Virus record (IMG/VR): IMGVR_UViG_3300035665_000036
Coordinates: 1-61,490 of that record
Length of the DNA: 61,490 nt
Source of the DNA: a virus
Taxonomy: Duplodnaviria; Caudoviricetes
Direction: 5' to 3' (one strand)
In this document: positions 18,194-28,247 of the stretch, in pieces
Layout: each line of letters starts with the position of its first letter
How positions within the stretch are numbered: the first letter of the stretch is position 1
The notes under the pieces: model-generated
The model's input: only the letters and a program-made list of their open reading frames with translations
The model's database searches: none
What the model was told of the DNA's origin: nothing
Made by a program: the position numbers and the translations under genes

Positions 18194-18627
18194 TTCTTTT
18201 CCTCCTTAGGCTCTTCCAAATATTTATCAAGCTCTTTATTCACGATTTGAATGACCTTACCCGATATGTTGTCTGACTCATCGTAAATCTTGTGAGCCAA
18301 ATCGGTGTCAGATAAACTTTGCACTATGTAAGCGCCTGCCATCATGTACCCAGTTTTCTTTGAAGGTACAAGAAATACCATAAATACGATGGCCAACAAG
18401 ATCAATAAACTACCAAAAATCTTTTTCTTGCACCATTCAATCTTGGCTTTGTGTTTATTAATCACTTCCTCTTTGTTGTATATATCTGTAGCCTCTACAG
18501 CATTATATATCCAGTATCCACACAAAAATAGTATCCAGAATAACACAACACCCGATATATCATGCATCATGTCATGGAATCTCTCTAAAGAATCCAACAA
18601 ATAAATCAATAAAGCTAAACTCATCAT
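18190..18627 (-). CDS. Membrane protein
   Basis: Two to three hydrophobic segments and a VPSKKTGYMMAGAY motif. Confidence 0.65.
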   Translation of the reverse strand: MMSLALLIYLLDSLERFHDMMHDISGVVLFWILFLCGYWIYNAVEATDIYNKEEVINKHKAKIEWCKKKIFGSLLILLAIVFMVFLVPSKKTGYMMAGAYIVQSLSDTDLAHKIYDESDNISGKVIQIVNKELDKYLEEPKEEKK

Positions 18628-19637
18628 TCACACTCCCAAATATATTTTGTAATATCATCTAAAGAGATCGGATTGGCGAATAACCATTCCTTATCATTTA
18701 TGTCTATGTAGAAAGTGCCATTGAAATGTTTTACCAAAACAACAGATTCAGCTCCAGCCGAATTTTCAACACGACAAAGCACCTTGTCTTTGATTTTAAA
18801 TTCATCCCATTTTGGTGGCTCTTGATATTTCTCATAAGCATTTATGTCAGAAAAGATGTTGATTGTATCCCGTTCGCCACTCCCATCATTGGCTTTAATT
18901 TTACCTTTGTCAAACCAATAAATTATTTTAGTGTCTTTAGAGATGATCTTAAAGCCCTCCACAAGCCATTTCCATATTTCCCATTGAGAGTCAAAGTCTC
19001 TGGCCATATCATCCACATTGACTTCCTCCAAAGGTTCAGGAGCCAATCCAATAATATCCCCTTCACTTTCTTCGTCATAAAACACAAAACCTCTGTAACC
19101 AAGAGTATAGATATAATTATTACTACCCATAAAAGACAACCCGTTATCATTATGATCAAATAGGGTTATTACTGAGCCACTTCTTGTTAAATATTTAACA
19201 CCTACTTCCAGTTTTATACCAGAGTATTTTTCTCCAATATATTCTTCAATCAAGTCAAGCTCCTCTTCTGAACTTGTGACCATCCATATGCCTTCTTCTG
19301 TCCAAGTCCTGGTTATGCCTTCGACTGTGCCTATAAATTTGTAAAGAGTTTCGGTCTCATTGTTAAAAATCAATGGAGTTGTGACAAAACCACTTCTGCT
19401 TTTATAACGTTTGCCAGCTTTTAATTTAAAAGTAGCTTCACTCACGATGTTCCATTTGTGATCTCGTTGATCAGACCAATAATATCCGCTTGGGGTGTAT
19501 ACAGATTTTTGATAATACCCTGTGGCATCCCTGATTGTGCAATTGAATGCATAATGGTCTGCATTCTCTAAGAGAGACTCTACAGTGACGATAGCTCCAT
19601 TAGAGGTGATATATTTTTTACCGATTTCTAACAACAT
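18624..19637 (-). CDS. Hypothetical protein with three GKKY.T..G repeats
   Basis: LEIGKKYITSNG, LKAGKRYKSRSG, LEVGVKYLTRSG. Confidence 0.7.
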   Translation of the reverse strand: MLLEIGKKYITSNGAIVTVESLLENADHYAFNCTIRDATGYYQKSVYTPSGYYWSDQRDHKWNIVSEATFKLKAGKRYKSRSGFVTTPLIFNNETETLYKFIGTVEGITRTWTEEGIWMVTSSEEELDLIEEYIGEKYSGIKLEVGVKYLTRSGSVITLFDHNDNGLSFMGSNNYIYTLGYRGFVFYDEESEGDIIGLAPEPLEEVNVDDMARDFDSQWEIWKWLVEGFKIISKDTKIIYWFDKGKIKANDGSGERDTINIFSDINAYEKYQEPPKWDEFKIKDKVLCRVENSAGAESVVLVKHFNGTFYIDINDKEWLFANPISLDDITKYIWECE

Positions 19638-19638
19638 T

Positions 19639-20262
19639 TTATCTCTCCTTTCTATAGTTAAAAAATTGTTTAAGATGTTTCCATCCTAATTTTTCATAAT
19701 ACTCATCAAAGTCTTGAGCATGTCCAAAACTTCTGCCGAGCATTTCCACCTTCTTAAAATAATAATTCAAAATCTCTTTTGAGTCCTTCACAGTAACCAC
19801 ATAACGAGTCTCTCCAAATTGCAATATGAAACGTTTCTTTTTGTAATCATTCAAATCCAATTCCAGGGGATTGTCCGATTGAACAAAGGCAGCTGTTTTT
19901 AATGAAGTCACCTTCGTCGTCAACGCCTGACAGAAAGCAACTTGCAATAAAGATTGTTGCAAATACCACTTTGGTGAATCTTCCTTGGCAATCTTGTATT
20001 CAATGATTTCTAATGATTTACCCTTGACTCTTATTTCATCAAACGTAAAATAAAGAGCCTTATCACATCTGCCCTGAAGCTTGCCTTGCATTTCATAGTA
20101 TTCAGATGTTGTCATTCTGTCTGCAAAGTCTTGCCCTTTTTGCATCCATTCAGACACTTCTTTCTTTGGAGAAAAATTTGATTTACCACCATTCTGCACG
20201 AAGTTATATCGATTGTGCTTGGCCGTCAATTTAACCAACAGAGCTGCGGAATAGATTGTCAT
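19639..20262 (-). CDS. Putative PD-(D/E)XK nuclease
   Basis: FDEI...IIEYK followed by Q..LQVAF, which resembles the RecB/Cas4-like motif arrangement. Confidence 0.5.
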   Translation of the reverse strand: MTIYSAALLVKLTAKHNRYNFVQNGGKSNFSPKKEVSEWMQKGQDFADRMTTSEYYEMQGKLQGRCDKALYFTFDEIRVKGKSLEIIEYKIAKEDSPKWYLQQSLLQVAFCQALTTKVTSLKTAAFVQSDNPLELDLNDYKKKRFILQFGETRYVVTVKDSKEILNYYFKKVEMLGRSFGHAQDFDEYYEKLGWKHLKQFFNYRKER

Positions 20263-20672
20263 TGGTCATCCTTAAAGTATAAAGCACAAAAGTCTTTTAA
20301 TTTCGACAAAAATCTCGGTGAATTGGACATCAATACATGTTTCGCATTCCCACGCACTATTGTGATCAGCTTGGCTTCACTGAAGACTTTGTGATCTTCC
20401 AATTGGACGACCAAATCGTTGAAATTCCAGAATAAAAGTGTGTGGAATGCATTGGAATCTTTTGCAAGATATATACCATCAACTATATCTCCCTTTTTTG
20501 CAGTCGTCTCCCACTTTGGTTTACCCACAATGGTCAATTCACCCGTGGCCAAGTTGACCGCAAACTTATCACCTCGATTGATGACTTCATGCACCATTGT
20601 GCTCTTGGACAAAGCCTTGGTGGGTGTGACCACCCAAAAGAACTTACCCTCTTTTTCTAAGATTTCTTTCAT
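20259..20672 (-). CDS. Hypothetical protein
   Basis: ORF track. Confidence 0.55.
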   Translation of the reverse strand: MKEILEKEGKFFWVVTPTKALSKSTMVHEVINRGDKFAVNLATGELTIVGKPKWETTAKKGDIVDGIYLAKDSNAFHTLLFWNFNDLVVQLEDHKVFSEAKLITIVRGNAKHVLMSNSPRFLSKLKDFCALYFKDDQ

Positions 20673-20885
20673 GCTAATTCTCCCATTTTAACTCTTTTAT
20701 CGTTGGCATCTTGATCAGTCACTTTGAATTCAGAATAGTTTCTTGCATATTCAAGAAGTGTCTCAAGGTCTTGGTATATAACAATTGGATCTTTATCCTG
20801 GCCATTGTTGGCATTTCTCACCACATTCAAGACTTTGTAAAAGCCACCTGTTTTGATATTTCAATCCTGCGTATATAACTTTCAT
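20669..20885 (-). pseudogene. DUF1653-like small protein with a frameshift in an A run
   Basis: Reads MKVIYAGLKYQK / TGGFYKVLNVVRNANN...VIYQDL...YARNYSEF if one A is added near 20853. Confidence 0.55.
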
Positions 20886-20886
20886 A

Positions 20887-22077
20887 TTAATGCACCTTTG
20901 TTTCACTTATTTCAAGCTTAATGATATTACCCAGAGATTCTAACATCAACTGAGCCAATTGACACTCCGTAGAGTAATACTGCATATTGTGTTTTCTATT
21001 TTTCCAAACAGTTTCTAATGCCAGTGCAGTGTCTGTCGCTAAATTGTGATGTGTTATGATAGAGTCAAAAACTTGTTCCATTACCTGAGGCTTTTTGTTG
21101 TGCAACCTCTCCCACATTGTTTGAGGTTTTTCGAACACAAATTTAGACCTCACCACCAGCATCAGTGTGTATTTTGGCATTTCTCCTTCTCCTCTTTAAA
21201 ATCTTGTTTAAGTAATCTGCGGACGCAGCATAATGAGCTGATTGCTTTCTGAATTTATCCACCGCAAGTTGCAACTCTTTGTCAGATAATGCACTGGCTC
21301 TCAGATCAAAATACTCTTTCTCTTTATTTGTGAGTAAACACATATTAACCTCAAAATAAAACCGGACACAACCCTTTAAGGTAATGTCCGGTATTTTACT
21401 TATGCCAAGCGGCTTGCTGTGTTATATCCACTTGGATATTCTTTCTTAGTACCTTTGTGAGCATAGTTTCTGCCGATTACACTTGGGCCTTTCTTTTTAG
21501 GTGGCTTGGCGCCCTTCATGATGTTGTTGATCATGTGAGCCAACATTTGGTGGCCTGGATAATCTTTCATCAATTGCTCACTTTGTCTACACGCTGCGTC
21601 ATATGAAATCATTGTTACATCTCCTTTTCTAAAATATCTAAAATTGCCAATGCTTCTTCGTATTCTTTATTCTCAAGGTCATCCAGGTAACCATTTTCAA
21701 TTGCAAAGTTTATCAAGCCCCATAAAAGATTCAAATCTGTGGTCAAATCGACCATCCCATTGTTGCTTGTTATGATTACTTCTTTAACATTATCCATTAA
21801 TTTCCACCAATTTATTTCTGATTAGACCAATTTTTTGTTTTCCTTTATACTCGATGATATCCTCTCTCACATTGAAATCTTTTGCGAAATCTTTACCGTC
21901 AAATGAAGAGTAGAAACTATTGTTTATTACACTTCTCACAACTGTGGCCATTGAACTATGGCACCCTCTTGTCAACAGGAAGATCAAACTTGCTCTTTGT
22001 TGGTTGTTCAACGGAAGTCTGTTGTTGATTAACACTTGTAAGTTCATAATGTGCCTTTTCAGCGATGTCGTGACCAA
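20887..22077 (-). CDS. Cluster of five small hypothetical proteins (20887-21180, 21143-21343, 21400-21612, 21615-21797, and 21790 to about 22050-22077)
   Basis: Tightly packed ORFs on the coding strand. Confidence 0.5.
21353..21397 (-). terminator. Intrinsic terminator
   Basis: ACCGGACA/TGTCCGGT stem flanked by A/T tracts. Confidence 0.65.
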
Positions 22078-22167
22078 ATTGAATGCCGACGATAGCCACC
22101 AGCAATATACATAACGAAATACTCAATACTCTTAAAAATAATAACATACTCTTAGTTTTGAAGGTTG

Positions 22168-22203
22168 AAAAAAGCCCCACGAAATAAATCCGTGGGGGAA
22201 AAA
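22168..22203 (-). terminator. Intrinsic terminator
   Basis: CCCCCACG/CGTGGGGG stem with A6 on the plus strand. Confidence 0.7.
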
Positions 22204-22265
22204 CAAATAGCATTGCATGCTACGTAAAGGAGGAACGTTTAGGTGCAAGGATTGTTTTATGAGGA

Positions 22266-22292
22266 GAGCAGTTTTCATGTCATGCTCAGGAC
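22266..22292 (-). ncRNA. Candidate small H-type pseudoknot RNA element (copy 1)
   Basis: GUC-CUGAGCAU-GAC-AUGAAAAC-UGCUC. A covarying copy lies at 46194-46220. Confidence 0.5.
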
Positions 22293-22338
22293 GTTCTTTT
22301 GATTAAGAATGACACACAACCGTGGTCATAAGTGGTTC

Positions 22339-22914
22339 TTAATCTTCTTCAACTTCACTGTCGTCTTCACCAGCTTCTTTAGCAGCTTTTTCAGCCGCTT
22401 TCTTAGCACGATAAGCTGCCAAGCCTTCAGAAGCCGCAGGATTGACTTGACGTTTTTCAACACCAGCTTCGTATGCTTCTAAGATAGCATCTTTGACTGT
22501 GATGATCCAAACTGCCAATTCTTCACTACCGCCTTCAAGAGCCTGTAGAGTATTGCGGATAGCCAATTCTCTTTCAGAATCAACCATACGTTTTACAGGC
22601 TTGTACTTTACATCTATTTCTGGCCAGATTTCCAACAGGAACTCTGTACCTTTGATTTTTGCCTCTTTGATTGCTTCAATTGCTTTTGCAATTTTAGCCG
22701 CATCAGATTTTGTGATACGTCTCATGGCACCGGTATCGAAAGCATTTTTGATCGCTTTTGAATTTTCGATCAACCATTCAGACAATGATGCATCTTTTGT
22801 AAAAGCATTCAAAGCGGCTTCAATCTTTGGCTTACGCATATAGCTCAAAGCTTCTGCTTTAGTGTCAAAAGTTGTGCCGTCAGCCGCTTGAAATACTTGC
22901 TTTAATTGTGTCAT
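22339..22914 (-). CDS. Hypothetical helical protein, likely highly expressed
   Basis: Has its own class B motif upstream, an AAGGA RBS and a terminator downstream. Starts with QVFQAADGTTFDTKAEA. Confidence 0.75.
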   Translation of the reverse strand: MTQLKQVFQAADGTTFDTKAEALSYMRKPKIEAALNAFTKDASLSEWLIENSKAIKNAFDTGAMRRITKSDAAKIAKAIEAIKEAKIKGTEFLLEIWPEIDVKYKPVKRMVDSERELAIRNTLQALEGGSEELAVWIITVKDAILEAYEAGVEKRQVNPAASEGLAAYRAKKAAEKAAKEAGEDDSEVEED

Positions 22915-23023
22915 TTGATTTTCCTTTTGATAAAAAATAGTGGCGATATTGCCAATTTATGAAATGTCGATATAACCATCGACGTGGTTTGAAACTCGAA
23001 CACTACGATCATTTTTCGTAATA

Positions 23024-23039
23024 GGGTTAATTTAACGGG
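23024..23039 (-). promoter_or_regulatory. Class B promoter-like motif (copy 3)
   Basis: Exact 16-mer overlapping the stop codon of 23032..23388. Confidence 0.8.
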
Positions 23040-23388
23040 CTTGGAGCCGCTTCAACAACTCTGTGAGTTCGAGCAGTTTTTCCTGCACTTTAGCCGTTTC
23101 TGCAGCCGCTGGGCATGCGTCTCGACGTTTTTTGGGGCAGGTAAAGTCACAGCCATGCCGTGCGTCGCCCGTGACAAAATCCAAAGGCTTTAATTTGCCC
23201 TCTTGAATATTGTGCTGGACTATTGAAGAGTTGCCCTTCTCGATGCACAATCTACATATCCATACTCGCCTCCCAGGTTTTGTTTTAAACTCCAAATATG
23301 CACCACTTTGACACAAAGTCGAACTGCATAATCTGCAAATCTTTTCGTGATGTTCAAAGCTTATATTTCTTACATTTGGGTGTCTCAT
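23032..23388 (-). CDS. Cys-rich hypothetical protein
   Basis: Two CRLC motifs and an ATGA overlap with the upstream gene. Confidence 0.5.
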   Translation of the reverse strand: MRHPNVRNISFEHHEKICRLCSSTLCQSGAYLEFKTKPGRRVWICRLCIEKGNSSIVQHNIQEGKLKPLDFVTGDARHGCDFTCPKKRRDACPAAAETAKVQEKLLELTELLKRLQAR

Positions 23389-24281
23389 ATCTTTGCCAAT
23401 GGATGATCTCTCGAAACCCTAAATCCTGCTGCGTGTTCATGACCGCCACCTCCGTAATTGGCTGCGATTTTTGCCACGTTCAGACCATCTTTCGTAGATC
23501 TTAAGCTGAAGTTACGATGTGTTTCCGTGTCGTAATATGTACCTCCGACACCATGTATTTTTTGCTTTGCAAGTAGATTGCCGACGTCAGAAGAATACAT
23601 GTGATTTGCATTTGCCATTTGCACAAGCAACCTTTGACCTTCATCCAAACTAACCTCGTTATCTAACACAAACGGTCTGGCACAAGTTGCAACTATCCGT
23701 TCCACATTTGCGTCATGGTCTTTGATCAAGGCACTTCCAATCAACTTCAAGCGAGATAATGTCAAATCTGTTAAGTTTTTGTATGTGGGTTGTCCCGAAT
23801 ACAAAGCTGCACAAATTTCTCTTGTGCCTTCCATTTCAAATTTCCATAAGTCTCTGTCTTCGATGTGACGATAAAGTTGTGAAGGTCTGACTCCGAATTG
23901 ATACTCCCAAGCAATTATGCAACCGGATTTTGTTGTTGTACAGTGGCTCATGTTCAAATTGCCATACTCGATAGGTATCTTGTGTAACTCATTTATTGCA
24001 GACTCATGGTGATCCAAGACATTCACCACAGAGGCTTGTTTCAAAATCTCAATCATCTCAGGCATTTTATAACTGAAATCCAACATGTACACAACACGGT
24101 CTTTCACGTCTGGTATAGGCTCTCCGTATACACCTTCAAAGTATTCGTAATAATCGCCTGCGGCATCATAAAATGCGGCTGCAGCCGCAATACCATCCAA
24201 ACAACCTTTGTGATAAATTACTAACGGTTTATTGTTCATTTGTTTCTCCTTATTTAGTGTGTCTAGCCAATACTTCAGCAA
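23385..24281 (-). CDS. DHH/DHHA1 family phosphoesterase (probable start MNNKPLVIYH)
   Basis: YHKGCLDG, MLDFS, VLDHH, IEDRDLW, FSLRS and GGGGHEHAAGF motifs. Confidence 0.92.
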   Translation of the reverse strand: MLKYWLDTLNKEKQMNNKPLVIYHKGCLDGIAAAAAFYDAAGDYYEYFEGVYGEPIPDVKDRVVYMLDFSYKMPEMIEILKQASVVNVLDHHESAINELHKIPIEYGNLNMSHCTTTKSGCIIAWEYQFGVRPSQLYRHIEDRDLWKFEMEGTREICAALYSGQPTYKNLTDLTLSRLKLIGSALIKDHDANVERIVATCARPFVLDNEVSLDEGQRLLVQMANANHMYSSDVGNLLAKQKIHGVGGTYYDTETHRNFSLRSTKDGLNVAKIAANYGGGGHEHAAGFRVSRDHPLAKI

Positions 24282-24367
24282 TCAATGCGACCAACTCATT
24301 TTGCCCCATGTATTTTCTTTTTTATTTCTTCAAGCAATTCTTGTATAACAGTCATATAGTCTCCTTT

Positions 24368-24394
24368 AAAATAAAAGCCCTCCGTTAAGAGGGC
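24368..24394 (-). terminator. Intrinsic terminator
   Basis: GCCCTC/GAGGGC stem plus an A tract on the plus strand. Confidence 0.65.
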
Positions 24395-24402
24395 AAGTTG
24401 TG

Positions 24403-24603
24403 TCAATTTGTTTTTGAAATTAAGTCATATGGATGAGGAAACTTAGGTCCATTTATCAAACCTTCTTTCGTGTAAGCCACAAGAACTTTCTTGTCATTCA
24501 TACCAACAACAGGTTTTTCGCCTTCGTAGGTATTGATGATTGTGATTCTGGAGCCTGATCTATCCAACCAAGTTTCACCGATTTTTGGATTCATTGTTTT
24601 CAT
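24403..24603 (-). CDS. Single-domain member of the GKKY.TR.G family
   Basis: KIGETWLDRSG...PVVG...YTKEG...HPYDLI. Confidence 0.55.
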   Translation of the reverse strand: MKTMNPKIGETWLDRSGSRITIINTYEGEKPVVGMNDKKVLVAYTKEGLINGPKFPHPYDLISKTN

Positions 24604-25514
24604 TCAAATATTGTGTCAATTAATTTAGCTAAGTAAAGTTGGTCAATTCTGTCTGACTTATTCTTGTCCAACTCGTGAAGTAAAGTGCCCATAAATACGC
24701 TGTCAACGCCTATGAGCTGCTCTTTCAATACAGCAGGATCATGAAGGTCTATATCATGTGCCTGCCATATCATTTTCAGCATTTGTCCCGCTGTAATTCT
24801 CCATCCTCTCGAGATGAATTTTCGTGTTCTGAAAATTGAAGCGAGAGGATACAAACTACCCTGATAGATTAATGTTTTGGAAAGCATTGCTTCCAAGGCA
24901 TCTTGAGGTAACACAAGGTTTCTTGCGTTGTAGTCATAATAACACTTACAATGAGCGAAATCATAATTTTCATGTATTTCGCTTGGTTCACCAAAGAACC
25001 TTATCACGATCTGAACTCTATCTTTTAGAGTGATTGCATTGTCTGTGAGGAAAACAGGTCTATATTTGTCTTTCTTATCCCTGGCGACATTGACGAGTTC
25101 TTCAGCTTCTTCCAGTGTGTCAGACTCTTCAAATTCTGTGAGAAGTACGTTTTCAATATCTCCGGCCACACCTTCACTTTTGACGATGATTTTTATGCGA
25201 TCCTCGTCAATCCCTTTGATGTTTGTTATCACTGCTTTTTCGACTTGAATATGCTTTTTAGTAGTCTCCGACTCCATGTTGCTTTTATATTTCTCGACAT
25301 AATATTCTGTGGCCGACAATGCGGTTTCATAGTTACGAAAATAGATGTCGTAGTCATTGACTTTTTCACCCAATAACATTGACGTGATACAACCACCGCT
25401 TACGATGATGTTTTGTCTCATTAATTCAACGAGCTCTGGATTATCAATTGTCTTCAATAAAGCATCCACTTTGTTTCTGATGACCATTTCAATCGTAGAC
25501 TTTTTCATACCCAT
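24600..25514 (-). CDS. Pol-beta-superfamily nucleotidyltransferase
   Basis: IIVSGGCITSML...NDYDIYF (GG...DxD) and YDFAHC motifs. Confidence 0.75.
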   Translation of the reverse strand: MGMKKSTIEMVIRNKVDALLKTIDNPELVELMRQNIIVSGGCITSMLLGEKVNDYDIYFRNYETALSATEYYVEKYKSNMESETTKKHIQVEKAVITNIKGIDEDRIKIIVKSEGVAGDIENVLLTEFEESDTLEEAEELVNVARDKKDKYRPVFLTDNAITLKDRVQIVIRFFGEPSEIHENYDFAHCKCYYDYNARNLVLPQDALEAMLSKTLIYQGSLYPLASIFRTRKFISRGWRITAGQMLKMIWQAHDIDLHDPAVLKEQLIGVDSVFMGTLLHELDKNKSDRIDQLYLAKLIDTIFE

Positions 25515-25515
25515 T

Positions 25516-26850
25516 TTAAATCTCCTTTACAATTTGTTGAATTCTTTCTAATGTGTCTGCTGTATTTTTGTCAAAACGCTCTTCTTCGAACCTTGGACTA
25601 AACAAAGACCAACCCAGTTTTCTATCATTGATTACTTCATTGAATTTGACTGATATAATCGAATCTCTCCATTTTTCTCTGTTTAGGTGAATTTCCAATC
25701 TCTTTGCATCCGTAAATCCAGACACCGCAGCAGACAATTCTCCACATTCAGACACACACAGTAATGAACCAAACGTATCATAGTTTTTACCTGTACCTGG
25801 AAGAAAATCGAGCACTCTCAGCTCACACACAGATTCGTTCTTTAACTTAACTTGATCTTTTGATGTGTGTGATTTCCAAATACCTTCAAGAGTCTTTGCC
25901 ACCGCACCTTCTTTTCCAAGCTTACGCGCTTCTTTGTAAAATTCAATTGCTTCACGATAACTTGTGACTAAGCGTGTTTCAATCAAAGAAATATCTTTAC
26001 AGTAAGATACAGGGTCTCTTAAGCGTGCAAGTCTTGAATAATAAGGGGTGACGGATTGTTTGGCTATATACTCCGTTGTATCCACTATGTCCCAAAGCTT
26101 TAAGATTGGTTTTTCATTATTATCAAACTCACCTCCCTTCATCACATGATTAATTACTCCATTACCTTCTTTACGAGACAAGACTACACCATCTCTCATC
26201 ACCAATACTTCCCCCATTGAAACTGTATTATTTGGAAATTCTTTGAAATACTCATCTTGAATGGTCTTGAAAGGCTTGTCGGGAAATTGTTGACCATTTC
26301 TGGTTTGCATTACAGTGGTTGCCGTGAATTTCATCATATTGCAAAACAGACCATCGGCTTTTTCTTGCACAATAATACCACCTTTCCAATCCCAACGTTC
26401 AAGATTCACTTCGCTTGGTAATGAACATCGCATATATGGAAATTCAGGTATTGTGCCCTTTCTTGCCTTGTTGATGGATTTTACGTCAAAACCTGCTCTC
26501 AAATCCTTATTCAATATGTTCAGCAGCAAGAGACGAGACATATACGAGAGCCTCTCAAGCTCTTTTGATACAGCATCTCTTGCAGCATTCCCTGTCAGTT
26601 CTCTCTTTTGCAAAGCTCTCAGCAGAGAATTGGTTCCAAAATTGAATTGACCTTCTCCTCTTTCAAAGGTCAACTCGATATTTTTGACACCAAATGTGAT
26701 GAATGGATCATAAGCTTTTCTGATGACGTCCAGAAAAAATTCATCTTTCATTAGCTCCTTGAGATATTCAATCTTGGAATTCTTGCTCGGTTCTTCGGCC
26801 AATTGTGACAGAGCCAAAAATACTTCATCACTTCCCATCTTCACTCCCAA
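25516..26850 (-). CDS. lig: ATP-dependent DNA ligase
   Basis: QEKADG adenylation motif, MGEV, LWDIV, KEGAVAK, VKLK, LFSPRF...RFDK. Confidence 0.93.
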   Translation of the reverse strand: MGVKMGSDEVFLALSQLAEEPSKNSKIEYLKELMKDEFFLDVIRKAYDPFITFGVKNIELTFERGEGQFNFGTNSLLRALQKRELTGNAARDAVSKELERLSYMSRLLLLNILNKDLRAGFDVKSINKARKGTIPEFPYMRCSLPSEVNLERWDWKGGIIVQEKADGLFCNMMKFTATTVMQTRNGQQFPDKPFKTIQDEYFKEFPNNTVSMGEVLVMRDGVVLSRKEGNGVINHVMKGGEFDNNEKPILKLWDIVDTTEYIAKQSVTPYYSRLARLRDPVSYCKDISLIETRLVTSYREAIEFYKEARKLGKEGAVAKTLEGIWKSHTSKDQVKLKNESVCELRVLDFLPGTGKNYDTFGSLLCVSECGELSAAVSGFTDAKRLEIHLNREKWRDSIISVKFNEVINDRKLGWSLFSPRFEEERFDKNTADTLERIQQIVKEI

Positions 26851-27050
26851 TTAGGTTCAACATATGCGTAAAAATCACCGTTCTCAAAAGCTTTGCTCAG
26901 CTCTTCTTGGACTCTCATTGTTTCGAGCATTTTCAAATGATGCAAAATACTGTCTGCAATGACAAAAGAAGTGCCGTTCAGCACTTTATCAATCTCATAT
27001 TTTTTTACGAGTTCATCCAGATCTTTTATTAATGCAGGATCGTTGATCAT
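26841..27050 (-). CDS. Hypothetical protein
   Basis: ORF track. Confidence 0.55.
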   Translation of the reverse strand: MINDPALIKDLDELVKKYEIDKVLNGTSFVIADSILHHLKMLETMRVQEELSKAFENGDFYAYVEPNWE

Positions 27051-27805
27051 AGTGTTTTGAACTCCACCTTAGGCTCTTCCGCCTTATACTCCCCGATCAC
27101 TGTGTAAATAAACACAGACTTGCCAGGATTGATCATTGCCAATCTTCTGGCCTCTGTGTCTGCAGCTGATCTTGACTTGTGAACCTTTGTCGGAAGCCCC
27201 CTTCCAATGACCTCTAATAAGTATCTGTGATTATCAATTTCAACTGGCATTTCTTTTTCCTTATAAATGAATTTGCAACTTGTATAATCAGGCGCAAAAG
27301 GGCAACTTTCTGTCAATTCACAACCATCACATGAGCGTGTTAATTCTTCTTTCACTGGTATATATAATTTACCATTCACCATGATTTCATTTTCTAGCAT
27401 TTTCTTCTCCTTTTTCTCTTTCAATTTAAATATAAGTGAACTGCAGCCGCCAGTGTTTGCGGATGATATACAGGCCTCTGCAAGATTATCATCTTCGAAT
27501 TCACAGCCATCGCAACCACTTCTACTTTTCTCCGCAATATACTCCACACCCTCGTATAAAAAGACATCGCCACTTTCTCTCGCCCTCATTTTATAAATAA
27601 ATTTACAAGTTCCTTCACGCTCATCATAAGGACATTTTCCTTGAAGTTCACACCCATCACATGCGCCTTCGATTTGCTCTCGTCTTGCCACATAAGTCTT
27701 ATTTTCTATGACAATTTCACTGCCCAGCATGCTCCTCTCCTTTTTCAAAATAAAAGGGATACACCGAAATGTATCCCATATTGTATTACTGAGGTTTTTC
27801 CACAA
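27047..27805 (-). CDS. Protein with three CDGCE Cys-rich repeats and a C-terminal H.S...A..EA.RLA..NPG domain
   Basis: Repeats visible in the translation. The true start is probably MLGSEIVI. Confidence 0.65.
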   Translation of the reverse strand: MWKNLSNTIWDTFRCIPFILKKERSMLGSEIVIENKTYVARREQIEGACDGCELQGKCPYDEREGTCKFIYKMRARESGDVFLYEGVEYIAEKSRSGCDGCEFEDDNLAEACISSANTGGCSSLIFKLKEKKEKKMLENEIMVNGKLYIPVKEELTRSCDGCELTESCPFAPDYTSCKFIYKEKEMPVEIDNHRYLLEVIGRGLPTKVHKSRSAADTEARRLAMINPGKSVFIYTVIGEYKAEEPKVEFKTL

Positions 27806-28247
27806 ATCCCAAGATGCCTGTTGCTCTCCGAGCCAAGTCGAAGAAATTATTTCTCACAAAATCACTGCAGTTGGTCACATCGGTGCCGCTTGCAACATTC
27901 GCAATTGCGACCAAACCATCCATGACTGCTTTGTTAGATCCAATATCTACCTGCAAGAAGGCAATATCTGCGTTCAAAGACTCCTTCACGGCTTCCGACT
28001 GTAAAAAGCTCTGTTGCACCGCAGTCAACATGAACAACAATGGTTCGCCTATATTATCTTGGATGACTGTGTTGATATATTCCAAGTCAGCTCTCGCCTC
28101 ATCATTGTCAAAACGATTTTCAACTGATGCTTCTTGGATTTCAACCGTATTTTCTTCGACCAATACTTCTTGATTATTTTCCATTTTTATTCCTTTATTT
28201 AATTGGGCAAATGCCGCTTGCACACTCATCATTTGACTCGTAATCAA
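27786..28247 (-). CDS. Hypothetical acidic protein (true start probably MENNQE)
   Basis: An AAGGA RBS precedes the internal ATG. Confidence 0.55.
   Translation of the reverse strand: MITSQMMSVQAAFAQLNKGIKMENNQEVLVEENTVEIQEASVENRFDNDEARADLEYINTVIQDNIGEPLLFMLTAVQQSFLQSEAVKESLNADIAFLQVDIGSNKAVMDGLVAIANVASGTDVTNCSDFVRNNFFDLARRATGILGFVEKPQ

Noticed and set aside
22915-23023. tRNA in intergenic gaps (also 22204-22338 and 49590-49775)
   Set aside because: No cloverleaf with D-arm and T-arm consensus could be built by eye. tRNAscan-SE or ARAGORN would confirm.
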